NCBI RefSeq assembly: GCF_030144855.1
Contig: NC_082709.1
Span: 25,048,001-25,112,000, forward strand
Direction: 5' to 3'
Length of the DNA: 64,000 nucleotides
Source of the DNA: Hypanus sabinus
Taxonomy: Eukaryota
Below, piece after piece: positions 1-12,575 of this stretch. A model generated the notes under the pieces. The model was given only the letters and a program-made list of their open reading frames with translations. It made no database searches and was not told where the DNA came from. The position numbers and the translations under genes are program-made. The stretch's first letter is position 1, and each line of letters starts with the position of its first letter.

Positions 1-39
1 TTCCGAGGGTATCACAAGTTATGGATCTGACTGACATCT

Positions 40-1010
40 TGCAACGCTATCACTTCTAGACAGTGGAGAAATAGACGTGCAAGGTGGTGGAGGAGGCTCT
101 GAATTTATCCCCATGGTCGATCATGGCAAGACACAGCATTTGGATGCTAAAGATAAAGCTGAAGCCTTTGCAACTATGCCCAGTGAGAAGTGCTAAATAC
201 ACAATTCACATGGACTTCCTCCCTAGGCCTCCACTGTCACAGATGTCAAGCTTTCAGCATTCATTTTTTTAAATCATTGAGATACAGCACAGAGTAGGCC
301 CTTCCAGCCACACTGCCCAACAACCCCCAATTTAACCCTACCCTAATCATTGGACAATTTACAATGACCAATTAACCTACCAACTGGTACGTCTTTGGAC
401 TATGGGAGGAAACCAGAACACCCGGAAGAAACTCACACGGTCACAGGGAATGTACAAACTCCTTACAAGCAGCAGTGGGAACTTGCTCCACATGTTGTCA
501 AGAAACAGCTGAGAAAATTCGACACACGAAGGCAATGGGACCAGACAATGCACCCATTATAATACTAAAGTATAAAACGAGCTGCACCTGAAACAAGCTG
601 TTCCAGTACAGTTACAGTGATCTGACAATTGGAAAATTGCCCAATATGTCCTGTTTTCCAAAAGGGTACAACCAATCCAGTTAATTATCATGCAATTAAA
701 TTACTCATAATGATCAGCAAAGTGAGGAAAGCTGTCTTGGACAGTGCTACCAAGTGGAATTTGTCAAAAATCTGAAAACCAATGGATTAGGATTTTGCCT
801 TGGATTTCTCAGCTCTTAATCTTCAAAACCTTGGTCCAAAAGTGGGAAAAAAGAGCTAAATTCCAGTAATGAGAGACTGCTCCTTGCATAAATATAGTAT
901 TTGACAATCAAGGAACCCTGGTAAAACAAGTTAATCACTATCAAAAGGTGGAATACTCTGCACCCTGTGACTCTATCACTCTGGTTCCAGTGGTTGCTGA
1001 TAGTGAGGAG
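40..1010 (+). mobile_element. Old decayed LINE ORF2 fragment (CR1/L2 group), split by a SINE at 276-481
   Basis: Residual RT-upstream motifs KDKAEAFA, KAMGPDN, KLFQYSY, WKIAQ and NPVNY, with many frameshifts. Confidence 0.6.
276..481 (-). mobile_element. V-SINE (HE1-like)
   Basis: Reverse complement of the V-domain (gtctttggactatgggaggaaaccagaacacccggaagaaactcacacggtcacaggg), plus a CR1-derived tail. Confidence 0.8.
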
Positions 1011-1039
1011 GATAGTGTTAGGCTGTAGGATAACAATGC

Positions 1040-2165
1040 TTAGTTGGCAACATGGACAGAGCAATGGCAAATGGAATCTAATCCTAATAGGTGGGAAGTG
1101 ATGTACTTTGGGAGGACTAAAAAGGATAAGATTTACACAGTAAATGGATAGACCTTACGCAGTATTGAGGGAAAGATGAACCTTGATGTATAAGTCTTGA
1201 ATCCATAAACATTGTCACATAGAAGACATCAGGGACATTTCCCAGGACATAGAAAATAAGATCAGGCAAGTTAAGAGTACAATTTCATATAACATTGACT
1301 AGGCTACAACTGGAGGACTGTGACCTGTTCTGGTTGCCATACCATAGGAAGGATATGATTTCACTGAAAAAGTGCAAAGGATATTCACCAGGATGTTGCC
1401 TGGCAGGAAGGATTTCAGTTATTAGGGGAAACTGGATAGGATGGATTTGTTTCCCCTGGAGCAAAGGACACAGAAGAGTGACCAGATAAACATAAATAAA
1501 ATTATTAAGGAATAGATATGTTTGATAGTAGGAAATGTTCTACTATCTGTTTCAGAGCAGAGTTATCTGAAACAAGAGTGCACAGATTTAGAACATACAA
1601 CAGTACAGCACTGTACAAACCCTTTAGCTCATGGTGTTGTGCCAAGCTTTTAGCATACTCCAAGGTTAAATTAACCCTTCCTTCCATCACAGTCCTCCAT
1701 TTTTCTTTCATCCATGTGCCTATCTAACATTTTCTTAAAAGTCTCTGATGTATCTGCCTTTACCAACCCCCCAGCAGTGTGTTCCATGCACTAGCCACTC
1801 TCTGTAAAAAAACTACCTTGAACATCCCCACTGTACTTTCCTCCAAACACCTTAAAATTGTGCCCTCTCATATTAGCCATTGCTGCACTGGGAAAATGCA
1901 AAGGCTGTCCACTTTATCTATGCCTCTCATCATTTTACACATTTTTAGAAAGTCACCTCTCATTTTCCTTCACTCCACAGAGAAAAGTCCTTGCTTGTTC
2001 AATCTTTTCCAATAGGGTATGACCTCTAATCCAGGCAGCATTCTTGAAAATCTCCTCTGCACCCTCTCTAAAGCTTCCATATCCTTCCTATAATGAAACA
2101 ACGAAAACTGAATACAATACTAACATTACCTTGCACCTCTTAAACTCAATCTTCCAACTAATGGA
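1040..2165. mobile_element. Decayed CR1 (HER1-like) 3' fragments: + strand about 1040-1590, - strand about 1590-2165
   Basis: WQMESNP and RLQLEDCDLFWLPYHRKD motifs; CR1 3' UTR on the opposite strand. Confidence 0.7.
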
Positions 2166-2170
2166 AAGCC

Positions 2171-2372
2171 TGTGGTGACCAACTTTCTGTGCAGGCGAAC
2201 CAGCTCACAAATAGCCAGCGCGCGGGGGGAGACTTCGGTAATGCACCTCTGATGTCATTTCCGCCCAGCTAGGGATTAAATGCCAGCGCCGCAAAGTTTG
2301 AATAAACTAGTCTCGAACCAACTTACCGACTGCGTGTCATTATTTCAGCGCTGTGTGTAGCACATCGCTACA
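2171..2372 (+). mobile_element. Solo LTR (202 bp) related to the Gypsy LTRs at 24358-28645
   Basis: TG...CA ends, 4-bp TSD AGCC, AATAAA; both terminal ~50-nt blocks align to the proviral LTR. Confidence 0.85.
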
Positions 2373-2991
2373 AGCCTGTATTAGGGTCAAGAGTTTTGAA
2401 GGGATTTGAGAAGGAAGTTTTTCATCTAGAGGATGGTTACAATTTGAAATGCACTGCATTTATGGAGGCATGCAATCTTGCAACAATTCAGCAGCATCTT
2501 GATGGGCATTTGAATGACAAACCATAAAAGGCAATGGGCCATGTGCTGATAAATGGGATTAATGTAAATGGGTACTTAATGATCAGCATGGGTATTGCCC
2601 TATTTCTTTTTTCTATGATTAAGGACAGCTGGCAAATTGGAACCAGATTGGCTTGGCAACGGGAGGCAGTGGGCGTTGGTAGTGGTTTCTTTATTGATTG
2701 GAAATCTGTAACCAGATTCAGTGCTGGGACCTTTGACGTTCTTACAATAATAGGTTGGATGTGAATGTAGGAGGTATAATGTACTGACAGATGAGACAAA
2801 AATTGGTGATGTTATAGGTGGCAAGTAAGATTGTACAAAATAGATCAGTTGGAAAGTTGGCAGAAAAATGGCAAATGGAATCTAATCCTGATGTGCAAGT
2901 TGATGTATTTTGGGAAGGCAAACAAGGAGAAGATATATACATTAAATGGCAGGACCCAAGGGAGAGCTAACTAACAGAGGGATGTTCATCT

Positions 2992-3811
2992 TGTTACATA
3001 CCCCATAACTGAGTCACTTACCAGCAAAGATAGAGAGGTCCTTTGAAGTCTGATGGTACTATTTTTAATAGTATTTATTGATAAAAATACACAAAAATAA
3101 TATCAATGCAAACATACAGATAATATACGTTGTCACTACTAAGTCTAAAAGCGCGGGTATAATAATAATCACTGAGAAATAGCTCTGTCGTTGTCTAGGG
3201 GATAATGTATTGTCTGATGGAAATATAAAAGTCACTCAAGTTCATGCAGGCTGCAGCCTTTGGTTGGAGTCAAGAGGGAGAGTTTAAAACTTGCCCATTC
3301 CTTTTATGATGTCAATCCTTTGAGAGTCATTGGGGCTGAATTCTCCTTTGTTTTAGCTAAAGCCGTTCTTCAATGGTAAGGCCCACCAATTCCAAGACAA
3401 ATGGAAAAGGACGCACGTGGGCTTTCCACCGGCTGTCGCTATTATGCTGCTATGGGATTTCTAGCATTTCTTCTGGTGCGTCTAAAGGGGTTGTTCCCCA
3501 GACCCTCTTTTATCCTTACTCACGGGGTCTCAGATGTCAATCAGGTGGGGATGATGCAATCCCTCAACCAAACACCTCTGATCATTCCCTGAGGGCTTCC
3601 ATGAAGTACAGTACTCAATACACAACTCCGTCTCCAAGAGACAATGGCCGTTTTCCGTGGCTTTGTATCGCTGAGGGCTAGGACATTCAAAACGTCTCTC
3701 TCTCATTTCCTGGGTATCCTGACCTGAATTAATAGCGATCTTGCGATTCTCAAAAAGGAGGGGGCTACTTTGGACCCTTTGGCCCCTCAGAGTTGGGGCA
3801 CAGGCATAACA
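2992..3811 (-). mobile_element. Solo LTR (820 bp) of a second LTR family, inserted in a CR1 fragment
   Basis: TGTTA...TAACA termini, 4-bp TSD ATCT, AATAAA on the minus strand near 3075. Confidence 0.8.
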
Positions 3812-3959
3812 ATCTTTAACCATGATGGAAGTGTCTGAAGCACACAGGTATAAGGTGAGAGGTAAGAGGTAAAGAGAACATCTGAGGGGAACTTTTTCAT
3901 CCAGAGTCTGGAATCCCTGTCTTAAGAGGTGGTGGAGGCAGTTAACATACAACATTAAA

Positions 3960-5053
3960 GCAAGCCTTGGACATGGTGCTGAACATTAGGTTGCTAAACA
4001 AGGTGAGAGACCATGGAAAGATACTAGCATAGACAGAATATTAGCTGACTAGTAGGAGGCAAAGATTGGGAAAAAGGGGGCCTTTTCTGGTTGGCTGCCG
4101 GTGAACAGTAGTGTTCCATAGTGGTCAATATTAGGATTGGTTCTCTTGAAATTTATATGTCAATGATCTGGATGACAGAATTGATGGCTTTGTGGCTGTC
4201 TGTAGATGATATGAAGATAGGTAGACAGGAGTCTGCAAGGAGTCTGCAGAAGGCTTGGCGGGAAGTGTACGGTCATGCACTTTGGTAGAAGAAATAAAGG
4301 CACAGACTCTTTTCTAAACAGTGAGCAAGTTCAGAAATCAGAGGTGCAAAGGGGCTGGGGACTCTTTGTGCAGGATTTCCTAAAGGTTAACTTGCATGTT
4401 CAGTAAGGAAGGTAAGCACAATTTTGCCATTCATTTGGAGAGGACTAGAATATAAAAGTAACAATGAACGTCTGAGGCTTTATAAGGCATTGGTCATACT
4501 ATACATGGAGTATTATGAGTAATTTTGGTCCCCATTTCTAAGAAAGGATGTGCTGGAAATGGGGAGGATCTGGAGAAGGCACAGAAGAATTATCCCGGGA
4601 ATTAAAGGGTTAATTTATGAGGCGCATTTTATAGTCAGTACTTGCTGGAGTTTCGAAGAATTAAGGGGAATTTCAATGAAACCTATCAAATATTAAAAGA
4701 CCTAGATAGAGTGGTTGTGGAGAAGATGTTTTTTATTGTGGGGGAGTCTAGGTCTAGAGTGAACAGACTCAGAATAGAAGAATGTCTCTTTAGAACAGTG
4801 ATGTGGAGGAATTTCTTTAGCTAGGGAGTGGTGGATCTGTGGAATTCATTACCACAGATGCCTGTGGATGGCAAGTCATTGGGTATATTTCAAGCGGAGG
4901 TTGGTACGTTCATGGTTAGTAAGCGCATCAAAGGTTACAGGAAGAAGGCAGGATATTGGGGCTGAGAGGAATAACAAAACAGCCATGATGAAATAGTGGA
5001 ATATATATCTGATGGGCCAAATGACCTAATTATGCTCTTATGTCTTATGGTCT
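3960..5053 (+). mobile_element. CR1 LINE, 5'-truncated and decayed (RT C-terminus and 3' UTR)
   Basis: GWLPVNSSVP and LEFRRIKGNFNETYQIL motifs; tail tcttatgtcttatggtct. Confidence 0.85.
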
Positions 5054-5254
5054 AAAGAAGCATATTTTAGAAGTACTTCAATAGACAAGACACAGAAGAT
5101 TATGGACCTATACAAGTGAATGGCATTAGCATAGATAGGTACAACAGGTGACATAGACATAGTGAACTACAGGATCTGTTTCTATGCTGTTTTATTCTCC
5201 AGCTCAATAATCAGAGAGATTTAGCTAGAGTTAAAATCAGGCTGAGAAATGTTA

Positions 5255-6012
5255 AAAATCATATATAAACAGCACAGAAAAAGGCCTTTCATCCCAACTC
5301 ATCCATGCTGAATGAGTCCCATTTTCCTTCATTTGGCTCATACAGTATATCTCTAAACCTTTCCTCTCCATGTACCTATCAAAATGTCTTTTAACCCTTG
5401 TAATTGTACTTCCCTCTGCAAGCTCATTCCTTATATTCACCATCCTTTTTGTGAAAAACTTGCTCCTCAGATCCCATTTAAAAAAGTTTCTGGGTAGATT
5501 GTGACCATCCACCTTATTTATGTCCCTCATGATCTTAGAAATCTTTAGGTCACCACCTTTTAAAAATGTAGTTAATGACTTTGTTAACAATTGTACAGGC
5601 GACGCTATGGCTCAGAAAGACAGAAAGTCTTATCAGGGAAATACAACAGAGATGAAGGAACTCAATGAAATCTACCAAATATTGAAAGACCTAGGTAGAG
5701 TGGGTGTGAAGAGGTCATTTCCAATAGTGGGAGTTTCTAAGACCAGAGAGCACAGCTTCGGAATAAACTGACATCCCTTTAGCCAGAGGGTGGTGAATCT
5801 GTGGAACTCATTACCATTGATGACTGTGGAGGCCAAGTCATTGGGTGTATTTAAAGCAGAAATTGATAGGTTCTTGATTAGTAGGGACAAAAGTTGTGGG
5901 GAGAAGGTAGGAGGAAGGTATGGGGTTGAGAGAGAAAATAGATCAGGCATGATCTAATGGCAGAGTAGACTCAATGAACTGAATGGCCTAATTCCTCTCC
6001 CCTTTCTTATGG
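5255..6012. mobile_element. CR1 3' fragments (- strand about 5255-5550, + strand about 5655-6012)
   Basis: FFTKRMVNIRNEL and ELNEIYQILKDL motifs; aatggcctaattcct 3' UTR. Confidence 0.7.
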
Positions 6013-6029
6013 AATTGCAAGAGTGGTAT

Positions 6030-6560
6030 AGAGTCCTTGGGGTAAGCAGCGTGGAAGAGAGTAATTAAGATAGCTATGGGAGATATTAAGCCTATCTCCC
6101 GAAATGAAGTCAGAGAGATCCAGGAAAGTACATGTCAGAGGTTGACCATGTGGTGAAGCCTGGGTGGAAATTAGTTATTTAAAATACAAGTGGGGAGGGA
6201 CTGGACCACAGGGGGAAAGAAAAGGATAGAAATCAAGGTTAGGCGAGTCTGCTACTGCAGTCTTGCTTATGGATTAGGATTTTGGGTAGGTGATAGAAGT
6301 GGGCTGTGCAATGTGAGTGCACTATAAGGCTGGAAACTGTAGGAAAAGATCTCCCCAGGAAATTAAGTCCATGATTATCTGTGTGACCGTCACACAGATA
6401 GTGAGGTCACAATCAAAAAGGAGATATGAAGATCAATTCACCAGACCACAACAGCACCTTCTTTGTCAATGGGTTAAATGATAATATCAAGTTGGTATAA
6501 CAGTGTTTGGAGTGCTGCAGTTTCAGAAAGGAGAAAGGGATAATTTAGACCATGAGAAGA
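6030..6560 (-). mobile_element. Highly decayed Penelope-like RT fragment
   Basis: Residual similarity to the reverse complement of the PLE RT at 34880-35040. Confidence 0.45.
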
Positions 6561-7047
6561 GAATGGAAAAAATGATCAGTATCATGTTGACAGTTAGCAA
6601 TGAATGAATGTGGAGAGAATAACTGGCTACAGTGAGGTGTCCAGGTGTATTGAGTACTGAAAGTAGATAAAAGTGTCCAAAGAAATGGGCACAAAGGAAG
6701 AAGGAGAAGAGTTCAGTATCACACCAAGATCAGAATTACCTGCCATGGGGACATAGTGGAATCGAGTAGAGTTCTCTGATGGAGACTGGACATTCAAGAT
6801 CAGAAAGAAATAAAGATTAGAAAGGATGTTGAGAATATGCAAGGGTTGGGACTACAGTGAGGAATGAGGTCTGAGAAAAGTTAAGTGAGTGAAATATCTA
6901 GAGGGATATTTGAATGCAAAAGGTTTTGAGGTCCTTGGTGACTGAAAGTCATCCATTGCACCAGCAAATGCAACAAAGAATAAACTGGAAATGCAGAATA
7001 TATCAGCTCAGCATTCAGTCGTGGGAATGGAAGGAGTAATTGTAATA

Positions 7048-7863
7048 CAGGTTGATTATTTCTTCACAGAAATGCTCCAGGCCAGATGTGTTTCAGGTTT
7101 CAGATTTTGGAATATGTTGTGTGATAGCTTGAGATCTCCGTCATTTCTGACTCTGAATTTATGTGTTACTGGTAAATGGTCTTTGTTTGACACTTGTTCA
7201 TCACACATATATACTTAAAGAGTAATAATGATTACATACCATTAATATAATGAAAATATAATGTGTGCAGGGTAACAAAAGCAGCTCAGTATCAAAGAAT
7301 ACCTGAATCAGCTGAAGAACAACAATGGCAGGCTTTCAGTTTCCACCTGTGGTGCTATGTTTTGATTTAAAAATTGTAGTATACTGTATTTCTACCATTT
7401 TTTTAGATTTTATGTAAGGTATAAAAACAGCAGCACTGCAGACTTGTTCTGGTGCTAGATTTTCAGCAGCCACAATCTTTGCAAACCTATCAATGAATTT
7501 TTCTGCTGCTTTGTGATCAGAAGATGCTTTATCTTTAAAAATTAATGCTGTGATTTTTCTTAAATTTCTGCAACCAGCCCACTAAATATTCACAATTGCT
7601 TTCAGTTTGCTGTGATAGGATGTTTCATAAACAGCATACTGTTAAGTAGCATATGTTCATTCCAATGCTGACAAATTCATTCTTTCAATGCATGATTGAG
7701 ATCTTCATTTTTAAAAATTTTATACAGTTTTTCTATTTTGCCTGTGATGTGCAGAGACCTGGGAACCTTCCCAGCCCCATGTGGAATTTTCCATTTGTGA
7801 TGTTATGCCAGTACTCAAAAAGAATTTGGATTTTGGAATTTCAGATGAGTGGTACTCAGCCTG
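7048..7863 (-). mobile_element. Tigger4/Zombi-like pogo DNA transposon remnant (internally deleted)
   Basis: TA-preceded CAGGTTGA... end and matching ...ggtactcagcctg end; gattttggaatttcaga subterminal motifs shared with the 53193-54040 copy. Confidence 0.65.
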
Positions 7864-7974
7864 TTTCTGTGATAGATGGAAGCCCAAGCAGAAATGCTGA
7901 GAGAGAATGTCTGCAGGGGGTAAAAGAGTTAACCGAAAAAAAGTGCTGTAAGAATGAAATGTAGAATATTAGAT

Positions 7975-8245
7975 GTCCAAACTCCAAATAAAAAGGAATG
8001 TTGGAAATATGCACTGGACATGTAGTCAGAACAGTAAGATTTGTTACAGGGTGATAACCCTTCACACAATCTCTCCTCAGAATTCAACAATTTCAGATTG
8101 GGCGACATAGTTTATAAATGTAACTGTGACAGTTTCTCTGAAAGGCCATTGAGCTGAAAAGCTAAGCTTTTCACATATATTACTACCTGGCTTGCTGAGA
8201 ACTTCCAGTATTTTCTGATTCCACCTCAGATTTCCAGCAGAAATT
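7975..8245. mobile_element. Old inverted pair of PLE terminal fragments
   Basis: Minus-strand then plus-strand copies of the cttgctgag..ccagcatttt..tcagatttccagca tail. Confidence 0.5.
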
Positions 8246-8569
8246 TTATTTTGTTTTCCTATAATCGTTTCACTGAATTGGCTGTGATTTTCTGCAAGTG
8301 CAACAGAAAGATTAATTGTACTTTCTGCTCGCTTTCTTAAAACCTTGCCCTTCAAACTGCACCAGAATACTAACTTAAAGAAAATAGCATGCAGGTCTGC
8401 CAGAAAAAAAAAGACATTACAAATCTGTAAATTTGCAAAGAAATGGCCTCGGATTTAAGGACTGGTTATCTTTTGCCACTAAACTCAGTAATATAGCAAC
8501 CTTACTCCAGTAAAGGAGAAAACGTTATGGCATTCTCTCTCCCCAGGGGCATTAATCTACATTTGAAGA

Positions 8570-8960
8570 AGTGAGCTGGCACCCAGGGCAGGTGACAGAA
8601 ATGACCGTTCCCCGTTGCTGCCTGATCGGGGAACCTGTGAGCGGCTTTGCCCCGGGCGAAGTACCGCTGGTCGCCCGCCCGAACGACGGACGGACGGCCG
8701 GCCCCACATGGGGAATGCTGGGACATCCGCCCCAACTGTCGCCAACATGGCGCCCGGCGCGCTGCTCAATCTTCGCCGAAATATAGCAGGTAAGCCACTC
8801 GTCACGCTCAACGCTACCCCCGCCAAAGCTGCGGGCAGGCGATTATCTAGCCAGGAAGGCTTCTCCATGAACTAAACTCCGTAGACACCTGCCAGACTTT
8901 AACGGGGCGAGACGTTTTCTACCCGCTCCGCCCCGCTCCCCTGCCGCACATGCGCACAAT
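8570..8960. promoter_or_regulatory. CpG island / probable promoter
   Basis: Only non-transposon CpG-rich stretch; GC boxes (ccgcccc near 8727 and 8928), YY1-like aacatggcg (8744-8752), NRF1-like gcacatgcgca (8946-8956). Confidence 0.75.
8747..8789 (+). other. Candidate first exon (MAPGALLNLRRNIA, phase 1) of an unidentified gene
   Basis: Strong Kozak context gccaacATGG and consensus donor CAG|gtaagc inside the CpG island; product not recognised. Confidence 0.4.
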
Positions 8961-9574
8961 ATAACAGCTGCCACTTGGGTAGTGGGACTTTACAGTTAAT
9001 AACTTGGCGACTACAGTAGTTAATTCTGCTGTATGACAAAAACATCACAGTTAAGATCTATGTAATAATAGTTTTGAACTTGCTTTAGGACCTTAAGAAT
9101 TATATTAATTGCTTACTGGGCTGCAGTAATATCAAAAGACAGTATTGAGGCAGTGTGCTGGGACCCATTGAATTAAAAATCGAGCTTTTTGCTTTTTTTA
9201 AAAAAAATCTGCAAACTCAACAAATTGGTTTTATTGCATGTTTGAAACCCAAGGAGAAAACTTAAATTGCTGGCATTAAGGATGGGATGTCAGATAAGGT
9301 AACCTAGTAATTCTGTGCAGTAGGTGCAGCAGGCAAACGCATTCAATTATAGTGTTGTGAGGTACGAACTGGAACAGGAAAATAAAGATTGTTGGACTAG
9401 TGTAAAATGGTTGGACAGTATACAGAAATGCTTGGTTTCTCTTACAAAACGTAGCTGTCCTTCAGGATAGTGAAATACTGATAACGTTTCACCAGGTAAA
9501 TAATATATTGAGGATAATGGAGAAGATAAGACTATATGCAAAATTGAGGTAATCTCAGTGGGAATGAGGCCAAA

Positions 9575-9845
9575 TGTTATTAGATTCCTCCTTCTTCAGC
9601 CCCTTAATACCTCTATCTTTCACCTTCTAGCTTCTCACTTTATTCACCCATCACCTCCTTGCCCCTATTTGGTTTCACTTATTGCCTGCCAGCTTGTACT
9701 CCTTCAACTTCCCCACTTTCTTATTCTGGCTTCTGCCCCCTTTTTAATCCTGATGAAGGGTCTAGGCCCAAAACAGTGATTGTTTATTCACTTCCATGGA
9801 TGCATCCTGACTTGCTGAGTTCCTCCAGCATTTTGTGTGTGTTAC
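9575..9845 (+). mobile_element. PLE pseudo-LTR fragment with decayed hammerhead motif
   Basis: cctgatgaagggtctaggcccaaaac followed by the conserved gctgagttcctccagcattttgtgtg tail. Confidence 0.75.
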
Positions 9846-11419
9846 CATTTAACAAAGTTGCCAAAGCTTCTTCAACCCAGGACATAAGAATTCCTTTAGA
9901 GTTAAATTATGGGATCTGCGATCAGTTGTCAGGGAAGATGATCAGTGACTACTTGGATGTTTTGAGAAACATGTTCTATAGCGCACAGTACAAATGCACA
10001 GATGTTCCATGGATGAGGTTTATATGAACATCATGAAGCAAGTTACTACATATGCAATATCTTAACATTCAGTTGGGCATACAGAATAGCCACAACTTGG
10101 GAAATGGCCCATAAATACATTTTTTGTCGATGAAGCATGTTAATACAAATATAGCATGCAAATCAATAGCAGGATTAAAGGCAGGGGTTTCACTCCTGAG
10201 AATGGCCTACACGAGCATGTGAAGTGAGAATAATTGTATATACCTCTGGAAGGCTGTGATTGCACTGGAGAGGGTGCAGAGGAAATTCATCAGCATGATG
10301 CCTGAAATAGAACATTTCAAGCACAACAATAGACTGCATAGACAGCAGAAGATGTTGAAGGGGATCTGATGGATATATGCAAAATTTTTACTGACACAGA
10401 TAGGGTGTATAGTTAGAAATTTGCAGGCCATCTGCTGGTAAATGGGTTTAGTATGCATAGGCATTTGATAGTCCACTTCGAATGTGGTAGGCCAAAAGGC
10501 TTGTTTCTTTTGCTGTATAAGTCCTTGTTTCTTTGACTCTGTAAATAGTGGAAAATGTTGTTTCGGGTACCATGGCAATCACTCAATTCTTGCCTGTCAG
10601 TTTAGAGTGTATAATTGCTTACTTTAAGCAAGAGTGCAAACCATTTGTAACTTAACAAACCATCAGAATGAAATCTTTATGGAAGGAAATGAGTTGGAAA
10701 CAACAGAAGAGAGGTCCACACAACATTTAGATGCATAAGTGTTGTGAGGAGCACCATATGATTTTTTTTTTGTGTGCTAATTTTACTACCTTTGGCAGTA
10801 TGGCTTGCAAATACAACTTGCTTTGTGAACTAATTGTCAAATAATGTTGATACCCTACACTTAAATTTACCTGTTCATAAACATGGGACAAGTATAGCTT
10901 TATAACCACTTGCCCTTGACAAAGCAGCATAGAAATTTACAGCTGTATGCAGAGGGCATTGCTTGGGATTTGCTGCTTTATTGAGATTCACTTGAAATCC
11001 TTGCAAAGCCATAAAGTTTTGTCCTATCACTTTTTTCCTATTTTCACCAATATCAAATATCCATCAATCTTTCAATTGTATTTATCACTCAGATTTTATC
11101 TGAGCATTATGCGCAGAGGCAAAAGTTGTGTTTTAGCATCAGCTTTTATGTAAAATGTAACTTTTATGTTCCATTTTCCTAGTATGAATTTATTTTACTG
11201 TAGAAGTCCATCATGGGTTAATCTCTCCCCACCACTGAGTATATCTACTGTACAAGGAGAACTGCCAAAGGAAAGTAGCATCCATCATCAAGGGCCCCAC
11301 CATCCAGGTCAGGCTCTCTCCTCGCTGTTGCCATCAGGAGGAATGTAGAGAAGCCTCAGGACCCACAACACCAGGTTCAGGAACAGTTATTATCCCTCAA
11401 CCATCAAGCTCTTGAACCA

Positions 11420-11912
11420 AAACACAAAAATACAATTGCAGATGTTGTGGATCAAAGAATACGAACACAGTGCTGGAAGAACTCAGCAGGTCAGGCAGCA
11501 TCTGTGAGAAAAGAGTAGCTAACGTTTCGGGCCGAGACCCTTCATCAGAAATGGGGGGGGGGGGGGAAGAGAGGACTGAAACCCAGTAATAGTGATAGGG
11601 GAGGGGGTAGGGTCTAGAGGCGCCAGGTGGAAAACCAATCAGAGGAGAGATAAAGGGGGGAGGGGAAGGGGATAAGAATGAAAGAACTATAGAGATAAAG
11701 AAGCAGAAAGTTGAAAAGGGAGAGAGGCAGAGAGGGATCTGGGATAGGGAAAGGGGGAGGGGGAGGGAATTACCAAAAACTGGAGAATTCAATGTTCATA
11801 CCACCAGGCTGGAGGCTACCCAGACGGTAGATGTGTTGCTCCTCCAACCTGAGTTTGACCTCATAATGGCAGTAGAGGAGGCCATGTATGGACATATCTA
11901 GATGGGAATGAA
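11420..11912 (-). mobile_element. PLE 3' fragment (GIY-YIG C-terminus, pseudo-LTR and hammerhead)
   Basis: LRLEEQHIYRLGSLQPGGMNIEFS; 11-bp TSD CTCTTGAACCA at 11409-11419 and 11913-11923. Confidence 0.85.
11517..11552 (-). ncRNA. Minimal hammerhead motif with intact palindromic AACGTT stem III
   Basis: CTGATGA-a-GGGT(ctcg)GCCC-GAAAC-GTT; stem I is poor in this copy. Confidence 0.6.
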
Positions 11913-12032
11913 CTCTTGAACCAGAGGGGATAATGTCATTCATCCCAATACTCATCCCACAACCTATGGACTCATTTTCAAGGACTCTTCATCTCATGTT
12001 CTTGATATTTATTTCTTCTTATTATTATTATT

Positions 12033-12575
12033 GAGGCCCTCTGTTGGTTGGTATTGACCATGTATGTTACATCCCAGTTGTCTACATGATGACCAAGCCA
12101 GGACAATACGATATCAAGTGCAAGCTGTTGCCTATGCAGCAGGCTTTCCCTCTCCGTGCAGCCGATGAATTCAAATGAACTGCAGAGACCGATTGGCACC
12201 AGTAGTGTCACAGGAGTTGCCAGAGAGCATTGAAGTCAATGTAGCCTAAGGGACGCCTGCTCCGCATTTTTCTTTGGGGTTCACTCAAAAAGCTTTCCTC
12301 ATGAGTGGGCTTATCCAAAAGGCAGCAGAGGTTTGACATCAAAGTTGTCCTTCTCTTAGATGAGCTGCCAACCATGGCTAATGAGCCCCATCTGCCCTAA
12401 ATGACTGGTTTTAAGGTACCAGTAACCCATTTTTGTCCCTTAAGTCCGTAGAACTGGTATTACAAGCTTAGTAGCTAAGCCACACGTGAAGTCCAGGAAA
12501 TGGACTTGTTCGTCAGAAGCTATTTGAGACATCTACCCCACTACCACCCCTAGCTATAACAACTTTAAGGACCAT
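12033..12575. mobile_element. Probable RTE-related non-autonomous element
   Basis: Inserted in a (tta)n tract of the Rex1 3' UTR; ccttctcttagatgagctgccaacc resembles RTE leader sequence (from recall). Confidence 0.35.
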
